Shown in pieces: positions 35,144 to 44,816 of a stretch of DNA of 44,816 nucleotides. Location of the stretch: NCBI GenBank assembly GCA_000934665.2, contig KZ538843.1:1-44816 (forward strand), written 5' to 3'. Made by a program: the position numbers and the translations under genes. The DNA comes from Catajapyx aquilonaris. Taxonomy: Eukaryota. Positions within the stretch are counted from its first letter, which is position 1, and each line of letters begins with the position of its first letter. The notes beneath the pieces were generated by a model, which worked only from the letters and a program-made list of their open reading frames with translations, made no database searches and was not told where the DNA came from.

Positions 35144-35433
35144 GTATACAGTAAAAAACTAAACAGTAAAAATTATTCAATAATAGCAAGGGTTTTATTT
35201 TCATAGATACCCGTCAAACGTGGTGAGATTATACCAGAGCATTTTTTGGACAACGTGCGCCCTATACTGGGAGCAGACGTAAACTAGCGAATTTAGGCAT
35301 GTTTCACTACATTGAAGGATGGTCAAGGTTGGCAATGACGAGTAAAATTCGCTACTTGATGTGATTAGGCCCGTTATATTAATTCTTGTTGATATTTGAT
35401 TTTCAAGTTTTGCATTGGGTGATATATGTATAT

Positions 35434-35675
35434 GAGGCATTCAGAGGAAGAACGGCATATCCCTACCGACCTCCAATATTGAGTTTATAGTGCTGTTGTA
35501 CTCTCCTTCCATCTACCTTTCATGTGCTGAAGTACCAAATGAATTGGGATATGGCAAAGCTCCCATATATTCCACTTGTCTGTAGCTTTAGCTGCATGGT
35601 AAAGCAAAACATAAAAAGCCACTGTTCTCATAACGAACTCCGGTAGGGATATGCCGTTCTTCCTCTGAGCGCCTC
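35434..35675. mobile_element. Sola-like (Sola2-type) MITE
   Basis: 35-bp TIR GAGGC(AT/GC)TCAGAGGAAGAACGGCATATCCCTACCG; 4-bp TSD ATAT; GAG...CTC termini with a 4-bp TSD fit Sola. Confidence 0.7.
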
Positions 35676-36190
35676 ATATGTTGGTTAGTGAGATGGGACG
35701 ATTGTTTCTCGTGAGCACTAAGTTAATTATTCTTCGATTACAATGTTATTGAAGGTAGATATACGACTGATCGTTTTTTATCCGGATGTGTGCTTAAGCT
35801 ATGACGCAATGAATAAAAAAGTGTACTTGACGGTGTGAGATTGTGCCACTGTTTTTCCCGAGTTTCGCCATTATTTGGCTGATTTTCGTGTGTAACAGTG
35901 ATGGGACGAGTTTACGCGAAGATCTATCAAAAGCTTTGGCAGAAATCAACGTTTTTTGATGAAAATAAGGGAAATACTCTATGTGGCCAAAGCGACCAGA
36001 CGAGCTGTGGTACGAAAAAGATCAGGTGAAGAGGAATATACTGTAAGTCCAGCAGTAAAAATCGGAGTGGCGTTAACATAGTAGACATGAAACCTTAGGT
36101 TTCACAGTTTTTAGTTGGTTTTTTAAATTTCATTTTTACCTCTGTGCCTACCTATACCTAGTCCTCTTCACAGGTTTCAACATTTTATAT

Positions 36191-36484
36191 AATAATTATA
36201 ATAATTTGTACCCCGTGCTAGAGCCCTCTTAGGGGGGTGGGATACCACCATTTAAAAAAATCTGGAACTCTTACTTTCGTTTTTACTTCTCGTATATGGG
36301 GATGGGATAGGGACGGAAGGAAGCGGCTGTGGCCTATAATTACGGACACGACCCCGGAATTTTCCTGGTGAGACCATGGGAAACCACAGAAAACCACGGT
36401 CAGGGTCGGCGGCCCCCGGGATTCGAACCCAGGATCTCCCGATTATCAGTCGGATACCATATCCCTCCGCTACCACTGCTTCGG
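36191..36484 (-). mobile_element. tRNA-derived SINE, full length (family B)
   Basis: Minus-strand head GTGGTAGCGGAGGG.. and B box GGTTCGAATCCC; (TTA)-like tail; 15-bp TSD TTCAACATTTTATAT (36176-36190, 36485-36499). Confidence 0.9.
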
Positions 36485-37799
36485 TTCAACATTTTATATT
36501 TTTTTCTATTTCGGGTCCCTTCAGTTAGGATAGTTCATTTGTTTGCAATTCGTTTCCAGATCTATATTTCGGTCTTGTAACATTCTGGTGGCCATAAAGG
36601 TTGATAAAGTTTATTTCATTGTTTATTTCTTTTTATAACATTTTAAATCTAAATGTAAGGTGCCTCATATTATAATTAATTGTAGTACCGATCCTTGAAC
36701 AATGGAAGGATGTTTTTGTTCGTCGCAAGTTATTTGTATTTAAAATGTTTTATTCGCATATTGCAGAGTGCTCATTTTTATAGGCAGAGGGGTGAGAATG
36801 TGCCAGCGACATGTTTCCTTTATTCACATCAAGCTTTAAAAGGACTTGAACAATTTCACCCCACTCAACGGTGTGAAATTGTGCCTCGAAGAACTTTTAT
36901 ATCCCCCTCCCTTAGCATATAAAAATTATTTTCACACATGAACTGAAAGGTGAGATGTGCAGCAATGTTGCGTATTAAATTCGTTCCAGTATATCTATTA
37001 TTCTGGTTTACCCGTAAGAAAAACTCAAAAGTAATGTGGCTCAATCTCACCCTGTTTGACGGTATACTATATTACCTGTATGGTTATTCTGCGTATTAAT
37101 TATTTTACAGAAGGCATGGGTCGGGGAGGGGGCGGCAGATGACCAACTGCCTACCCGCGAAAAAAGTATAAATAAGGCCCTGCCTGGGGGTATTTGATGA
37201 TGGCACATTTCATGTTTTGATGTCAGGTCTCCCAGGCATATTCGCAGATACTTTGTAGTTTGACTTAGCTACATCAAAGGCCAGCAGCAATATGGCGGTG
37301 AAACGGATTGAGAAACACATAAGCCTCAGCGTGAGCCACAGTATGGTTTGTGGTTTCTGCAGATAAAAATATGCGGCTCATGACGGAGGAATCGAAGCAA
37401 ACTTATTGCAATAGTTGAAACCTATTTCGTGAGTATAAAATAGTTTTACTTCCAATGCAATTATTCCTACACAGGTAATCAGAGCCTGGACTATCATAAT
37501 TGCTCTCTGGGTGAAGATTATCTACATTTGAGCCTGTGAATGAGTTGATTAAGGCAAAACGCATCCATTTTCATTATCAACTCAGTTCCCTTCCCCCAGT
37601 ATCCCTATTTGCCGCCCTTTAAAAAAAACAAGCAAATATAGCCTATCTGGATTTTCCAAAAAAATCTGTAAAATGTTCACCTGGCTTGCTAATAATTGCA
37701 AAACAACATAATTATGATAGCCAACAAAATGATGTAACTTTTTCTATCGCGTGAAATATGTGACTTTAAAGTAAATTTATTATGCGGTTCTGAAGCAAT

Positions 37800-37929
37800 T
37801 CTGCCCCAGCATGTCGGATGAAAAGCGGAAAAAGACCCGGCCAAGCAGAAGTGACGGGGACGGGATTTGAACCCCGGCCTCCCGCTTGGCTGGCCAGTGG
37901 GGTAACCACCAGACCACCATGCCTCCCTC
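37800..37929 (-). mobile_element. tRNA-derived SINE head (3'-truncated or diverged)
   Basis: rc GGGAGGCATGGTGGTCTGGTGG (A box) ... GGTTCAAATCCC (B box). The left boundary is uncertain. Confidence 0.7.
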
Positions 37930-38689
37930 ACCTTACATATATTTAAACATCATTGAAATAGACAAATAGTTAAGTGATTATAAACAAATCTGCCAAAACA
38001 AACCTAACTGCAATTTTATCTACCCTGCAAAACATGATAGCTAATCTGGTACCCTCGAAAGAATGTTACGCGTAACTGGAGCTCGGCTTTAGATGAGTCC
38101 GCTCACGTCTTCAGTGGAGGGGATCATATGCCGATGCGAGGTTGGGGTTCAGATGGCAAGCAACAGGGTCGAGTAGTGCCCGGGAAATAGCAATGATTCC
38201 AGACTCTACCCTGATAACACTGGTATAATATGTTGCACACCATGGTTGTGTGGAGGCTGTTTCCCGAGATTGGTTACAGGTTCTTCCCATCAGTGATTGA
38301 GTCCTAATACCATGGCAGTATTGCTACGGTAACATCAAATTTTCCCTACAATTTTCGCTACAATTTATCAATGGATTTAAAAAAAAGTTCCAGTGATATA
38401 CAGAGCGTTCCAAGTATCTGGGTCGTTTTTAGTTGTCACTAATATTGCCCAAAGCTGTTATTTTTGTGTAAGCTGTTGCGCCCCAAGCAGGGGTCAAATT
38501 ATTCCCAGATGATCAAATGTAGCAGATTATATAGAATGGGACACCTGGATTGGGACGAAACTAGCTAAACAAAAATAACTAAATTTCCCAACTTCGTGCG
38601 GAATTTCAAATAACTTAAGGCAACAGTAAACAGTATCGTTGCTAGGACACAACCATTCCCCCCTCGGCTACACTTCCAGCCTTTACTTT

Positions 38690-39870
38690 CTCTCCAGTTC
38701 GACCAGCTGAAATAATTATGTCCCTCTGCAGCTGGAGCTTTTTTCTCTCGCTTCAGTCGCAGTTGGTCTTCCTCCAGTTTCAGTACCTCTCTCGAAGCAC
38801 CAGCTCTTTCACAACCATCTCGTGATCCCGCTTATAGCTATACTTCAGAAAACGTGATCGTTTCATGCTTCTCTATCAGTAGACGAAGTCCATCTCGAAC
38901 TCTGGAGTCGAAGGAGCCTTGCAACATAGGCCTACGTATTTTGTCCGGAGTGATCATTCTCAGATGCGCTGTGGTTCATGGGCGCCACTCCATTTTCATC
39001 GATATCAGGAGCTTGGTCGTCAAGCCAAAATTTTAGGGACCATCATAGCTCTGGGAGGCACAAACCTCCTGATACACTCGTTGAGATAGCCATTAGCATT
39101 GTTCTTTTTATTTCTGTGCTGGTTCTCCATAGCCGCTCCTTGCCGCAGCAGATTCTGATGCTTCTCCAGGTTGAGAAAGTACCCCCCCCCCCCTCCCCCC
39201 GGCCCTCTACTGGCTCCTTGCAGCACCTCGACGAACCTGATGGCGTTGACATAAGAAAGGGTGTAAGTCACAGGTAATATCCGTGAACTTACAACCTCTC
39301 CCATGTTAAAGCCTCATTTTTCGCAACCATCGATAGGTGCGGCACACATTCCTCGCCCCTTCTTGCCATCGGAAGCGACGGTACAGCTGAGCAGCGCCCT
39401 TCCATCAGCACGATTCCTCTGCAGCCAGTCCATAATGGAAGGGCACAGTAATCCCGGGGGATTCCCTCCTCCTGCTGATGTCCACTTTGCCAGTAGGAGT
39501 GACTCCAATAGGGGCAACAACACTTTCCAAGAACTTCAGTCGATCTCGCAATTCGACGTTCCGCCCTTCTCTCAACTCCATCCGAAGTTCCTCCTTGCCC
39601 CCATGCAAGGCTTCACTAACCTCTTGCATGATGGAAGCCATTTAGTTGGGCAGAGAGCCATCTCGCAACGCCTGGAGTCTCCATCTTGTCCCCCTTCGCT
39701 TTCACACCACTTACTTGTGACGGAGCCGTCGGTCGTACTCCGGCTCACCTTTACGATTCCACTGCTTTCTCCCAGGATGGATTGCAGTTCGTTGCAGAGT
39801 GCCATCTTCCTATACAACACGGTTCAGTCCGATTCGGTGGTTCCACTATCACACTTTTGACACCAATCTG
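38690..39870 (-). pseudogene. Decayed non-LTR retrotransposon reverse transcriptase region, RTE-like
   Basis: Minus-strand fragments in the expected order: LYRKM..LQSILGESSGIVKV...TDGSVTSK (before GVRQG), PGLLCPSIMDW (cf. SPLLF..IMDW), LNLEK, IRRFV..AMM (cf. VExFxYLGS), SLRTK/IR. Many stops and frameshifts; no intact YADD. Confidence 0.65.
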
Positions 39871-40275
39871 TACAGTCACTAGGTAGCCTACTTTGATCAG
39901 TGTCACATGGGGATAGAGAGGATGATGGAGGGGAAGGAAGGAATAAATGGTTGGTGACTATGATAACTAAACTGCTCAGAATTATATTTCGACATGTCCG
40001 TCCTGCAGGACGGGTATGAAAGAACTTCTCGAATTTTAAAACGAACTAATAAGGAAAACATCCCAAGCAACAGTTGCCTTAGCAACGGTCTCCATTCTGC
40101 AATCTACTCAACAGTAAACAGTCTCGTTGCCAGGATACTTCATATTATGCTAACATACACAACATATACGCCATGGCATTTTCGCATGACGAGATCAACA
40201 ACCACTTTCCCGCACTTTCCAGTATGAATAATTGCCAATTTGTGTAAACGGTTGCACAACCACTTATTTTATATA

Positions 40276-40837
40276 CAGGGTGTTCCCTATAATTCGGGAC
40301 AGACTTCTAGGGGTAATAGAGGGGACCAAGACAAGTATTTTTGACATAGGAACCTGTGCCCGGACACGCCATCTAGAGGGGGTTCATAGACAAGGAACGG
40401 GTGCGCTCAGACGCGTCACGCTGGAGGCGCTAGGCGAGCGGACTGTTTTGTTGATAGATGGCGCGCAGTTGTTGCCAGGTTATGGCGTATCTCGTCGTTG
40501 TAAGTAAACAACAACTCGATACGCCATAACCTTGCAACAACAGAACCGTTGTTTACTATCCGCGTGTCTCCTAGGAAGCGGACTTTAGTTGCTAGATGGC
40601 TCTGTTGTTGCCAGGTTATGGCACATCGCATCGTTGTTTACTAACCGAGCGCCATCTATCAACAAATCAGTCCGCTCGCCTAGCGCCTCCCGCGTGACGC
40701 GACTGAGCGCACCCATTCCTTGTCCATGAACCCCCTCTAGATGGCGTTTCCGGACACGGGTTCCTATGTCAAAAATACGTGGCATGGTCCCCTCTATTAC
40801 ACCTAGAAGTCTGTCGCGAATTACAGGAAACACCCTG
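40276..40837. mobile_element. Tc1/mariner-type MITE with ~190-bp TIRs
   Basis: TA-CAGGGTGTT.. / ..AACACCCTG-TA; arms align to ~40463 and ~40649; internal repeats GTTGTTGCCAGGTTATGGC in both orientations. Confidence 0.92.
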
Positions 40838-40989
40838 TATTATGCCTATTACTTTTCATGAACATTACCAGAACCGTGGTTACCATGTTGTTTACTAGCT
40901 GGGTGCCCCTGGCAACTGAACAGCCCGCTTGCCTAACGCTTCCCATTATCTTACCCAGCACCCTGTCACTTCCCCCCTATAGCAGTATG

Positions 40990-41179
40990 AATACGATAGG
41001 TTAATACCAGGGTGAAATTTGACGCTGGCGGCCATCTTGTCAAGGTGCATCTGATGGTAGGTATACCTACCGGCTACCACCATATACACCTTGACAAGAT
41101 GGTTGGTATAGCGAACGATGTAGCGCCGCCAGCGCCAAATTTTACCCTGGCCGAGACACAGGTATTAACCTACCGTATT
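40990..41179. mobile_element. Palindromic MITE-like element, superfamily unclear
   Basis: AATACG(A/G)TAGGTTAATACC, CCAGGGT.AAATTTG.CGCTGGCGGC and CCATCTTGTCAAGGTG are each mirrored in inverted order, with two small insertions in the right arm. Confidence 0.75.
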
Positions 41180-41775
41180 AGAGGAGTGTCATAGGGTTGC
41201 TCTTACCTTACGGATCTGAACGAACCCATGCAGATTTATTGTCGCTCACACACGTGGATCGAAAACTGCTGGACGTGGCAAAAAAAAAATGCTCCCGCCA
41301 GTGAATTCTAGGCCTCTGATATCTACACCTACTGTGCCAGTTTCATGCAAATCTAAGAGAGACAACCTCGGGTCCCTTCCTTGTTGAGTACAGTTAGAAA
41401 CTTGCCCATTACGGAAGTTCCGTCTCAGGATTTTACATCTACGTGTTATTTTAAAACGCCGTCTGTCTAGATCAGGCCCCCTCAACTCCTACACCAGCCC
41501 GACGGCAGTGAGCTTAGTCCTTAGTGGGTCTCCACCACCCTTAATTTGGTGCACGGTGTCCGGAAGGTGGATTCGGGCGGATGCCTTCTGAACCAACCCA
41601 ACCGTCCTATCCACTGTAGCTGGGTTCGGAGCACATTCGCACAGTCCGTCGCCGGCTGCCTGAGTGTTCCTTGAGGGACCGTGCGGCGACGCGACGGCAG
41701 CGCCAAATCCTGGGTGGCAGAGACTCTTTAAGAGCCCACAAAAGGGGAGGGAGTTGCTGGGGGCCTGGTTCAGAC

Positions 41776-42153
41776 CAGCCCCTGCGGACACTATCCTTAC
41801 AACCTTATCTTATCGCCTGCATAAGTGCATAAGTTATGCATAAGGTGCTCACTTGAGACCGCCATGAGACCTTTCACTGCTACATTATGTGGCGACCCTA
41901 CCGGACCGCGGTGAACTTTATAGGTACGAAAGGGAAGCGCTACATTGGGGGACCCAACATGGTCGCCGGCCGCCATGTTGGGCCCGCATGTAGCGGCTTC
42001 CCTTCTACCTAAGTTCAGCTCGGTCCGGCAGGTCGCCTCATAATGTAGCAGTGAAAGCTGTCTCATGGCGCTCAGCAAGTGAGCACCTCATGCAAAGAGC
42101 CCCGGCAGGCGATAAGGGGGAGTGACCAGACCTTAGTATTCTATAAGACCATG
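41776..42153 (-). mobile_element. Asymmetric-ended palindromic element with 8-bp TSD (copy 2)
   Basis: TSD GTTCAGAC (41768-41775, 42154-42161). Left end CAGCCCCTGCGGACACTA is the rc of copy 1's right end; right end CCAGACCTTAGTATTCTATAAGACCATG is the rc of copy 1's left end. Confidence 0.85.
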
Positions 42154-42574
42154 GTTCAGACCAAAAGTCTAATGTGAGGGGAAATTGGGACTCGGAGGAG
42201 TATAAGGAGCCATGAATGACCAATCGAAAATAAGCGTACCGCTACCCATTTTTGCAAATAAACCCTCTTGGAACCTGAGATAAAAAAGAAGGAGCCCATC
42301 GCCCACTGAACCTGAATCTAGCAGCTAAGATTTTAATAACCACTAAAAGAAACTTTGCAGAAATAGCTGCTTAAAATAAGCAGCTTGGTGAAAAAATCAT
42401 ACCAACCACTACGGACGTTTCAAACACGGGAAAACCCAGTATCCTACAAGTTCTTGGCAAAATTTCATTGCATTACATCAGACCTGATCAACACTGAAAG
42501 TTCGGGGTCAAATGAGTATTTTTAAATTATAATGATTAATTACTACCTGATCATGACAATTATTTTACGACAGA

Positions 42575-42753
42575 AATCAAGGGAAGGAGTGGAGTGGCCA
42601 TTAAAGAAGTCTTCATTTCTTGTCCGTGGGCATGTCGAAGAGGAAACAACCTCACCCAGGAATCGTCCTGAGAATGACCGGGGGAAGCACACACAGGTGT
42701 GCCCCAGTCAGGGCGGTCGACCCCAGGGTCAGGCCCCGGGGATCTCCCGATTA
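42575..42753 (-). mobile_element. Old diverged fragment related to SINE family B
   Basis: GGAAGGA..GG.GTGGCC..TAA, ACCCAGGAAT..TCCTG, GTCAGGG.GG and GGATCTCCCGATTA match 36314-36445 in order. Confidence 0.55.
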
Positions 42754-44816
42754 ATTATTAATTGATTTCAGTATTATAAAATTTTTGTAGAACCAGAATG
42801 TATTATAAAGATACCAGTGCCAGAAAACTACTACTGCTCGACACGGACATACATACCCGTCTGTGGCATCTTTCCGTATTCTCTCTATCATAAAAGCTTC
42901 AGCTGCTGTTACAACGCGATTTATGTTCAGCCGAAGGAGGGCGAGATCAGCCTATCAGCTATCCACATTGTTGTCTGACCTTGACCAGTGTTGCCAACCT
43001 CAACAATGGGTACATTAGCTCTAATTCGTGAACAACAATGTTCTATACAGTATATATTGTTAAACTTGGTCTTACCATTTGTAATTCCTTAACGTCCGTG
43101 AGATTTCGGTTTTATTGGATTGAACTTCATTTATCTACTTTTGTGTGTCGCAAATAAAATAATATCGGGATGAGATGGGCTGTATGTTAGGGCCTGCATA
43201 GGACGTGTCAGCTCTTATGACCCTTATTAGTGCGACAGTAATGTTGTGCGGCTGACTATTTGAATATGAACACCCCAGGGTATTTGAAGTTCCAGTTTAA
43301 TATTAAATATCACATGTTACCTAGGACCTATAGGACTCGTGGCAGCATACACAATTTGATGAAGATTACAACTCAGATCACTTGGCATTATTGCACTTTT
43401 GTTTGTTTTTCGACTAAACATTGCTTAATACAGATTATGTACTTAACAGGCACATTTTCGATGGTCTCTTGCTTGAATATAATTGACCACCAGCCTGACC
43501 AACAAAACTCAAAAAACTAACCCGTTTTTCCCGGCAAAATTAAATTATTTGTGAAATTCGAGCTCATTAACCCACCCATTTCTATACCCACCAACTCTGA
43601 AAAAACCCCACATTTTACGATGCCTAATTGCCTATCCGCTATCCCAACAATCAAACTCGTCTCTTCCCAGTCGTATCCGGTACATCTCAAGTTAGTCATG
43701 TGTCAGGTTAAGGATTAACTGGCGAAATTCCTTCGTTTAGTAAAACAAAGTTATTAGTTTTCAGGTGCGACTGGAGTATGGGGCTATTCAGTAGATTCTG
43801 TTTCTGGCACACATTCTAGCAGGGTCCCATACGTATTTGGAACACTGCTATTATTATTATTTATTATTTTTGGAATACTGTTATTCTTTGTCGGCCATTT
43901 GATTCAGATCTGCTGTTTGGGCCACGCCCACGCCATTTGGTTGCACATCAATCAGCAGCTAGTGCTATTTGAGAATAATGAATATTTTGTGATTGCAGTA
44001 TTTTGAAAATACAACTTTTGTTCAGGAAACAATATCAGTGTGAGATCGGATCAAGTTTTGACAGCCTGTGGTATTGTTGCTTGTTTATAAAATAGTTTCA
44101 TTCGTGACAATCCAACACAGCTGTCAAAGTTTTTATATTGATAAATTCATCCTAAATAATGACTCGACAATATGACAATCATGAACCCTAAAGTAAATGA
44201 AGAAGTAACTTGGCTGACTTCTCAAAAATGGGGCGAGGAAACGCGGGAGATTTTTAGCATGTTCCCCGAAATAGAGACTGCTGTTTTGTTTAATTACATT
44301 CTGTAGGTGTACCTGCTATACAGCATGTACTAATGAATCTACAGATTCCCAAGTGTAAATGGGTTGTAATAGTCAATTAATTAGCTAAATTTATAATTGC
44401 AATAAACAAATACGCCTGGAGGCTTACCAAATCCAACTTGCTAAATAATTATGTTCACATAGTTATACTAAAATTATATCTATCACTTGTGATGTTTGAT
44501 AACATGTAACTCAGCCAACAGAAAATAATGGGCTGTATTACCTTGAAGGCACAATTTTAAATATATTATAAGCAAGAGCCGCTTGAAATGATTATGCTTT
44601 AAGCTGTTATACAGTATGTTTTATATTTTTATGTTACTCGAAAGACCGGATATTTTAGGGAGGCTAAATGAAGTAAATATTTCCGCTCTAACGTCAAGAG
44701 GTCTCTACTTATATCCTCTCTAAAACACTCAATGCAAAATTTGAGAGGAGCAAGGTGAGTTCATGCGTTACATAGGCTGTCAGATCCACCGCATTTATAA
44801 CTGACATGTCAATTGT

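Noticed and set aside
38078..38120. Hammerhead-ribozyme-like core on the minus strand (CTGAAGA..GTGAG-CGGA-CTCAT..TAAA)
   Set aside because: The conserved GAAA is TAAA and stem I does not pair. A similar near-miss at ~3582-3606 has GAAG and a 2-bp stem II.
39303..39860. Longest ORF (185 aa, + strand)
   Set aside because: It is antisense to the decayed RTE-like RT and has no recognisable domain.
41300..41767. Possible CR1-like LINE C-terminus (RRFKITRRCKILRRNF)
   Set aside because: Only one short loose resemblance, with no other motif in register.

Overview
Eukaryotic, almost certainly animal, non-coding DNA (intergenic or a large intron); the TTAGG-type repeat suggests an arthropod. I find no intact protein-coding gene, rRNA, true tRNA or CRISPR array, and nearly all ORFs in the track look spurious. 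The window is dense in transposon remains. There are at least 15 non-autonomous DNA elements whose ends or target-site duplications (TSDs) point to Tc1/mariner, pogo-like, PIF/Harbinger, piggyBac, Kolobok, Sola and P-like groups, several tRNA-derived SINEs with clear TSDs, and decayed coding relics of a mariner, an RTE-type LINE and probably MULE and Tc1-like transposases. Most notable: (1) two copies of a ~375-bp element with 8-bp TSDs, non-matching ends and a long internal palindrome whose centre is flipped between the copies; (2) a 33-bp remnant with the geometry of a P-element excision footprint; (3) an apparent excess of TACAGTA/TACTGTA and TAGGCCTA words, probably excision scars; (4) a four-level nested insertion at 446-2943; (5) SINEs with shuffled body and tail modules. 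Everything was read by eye with no database search, and superfamily names rest on end/TSD rules only.
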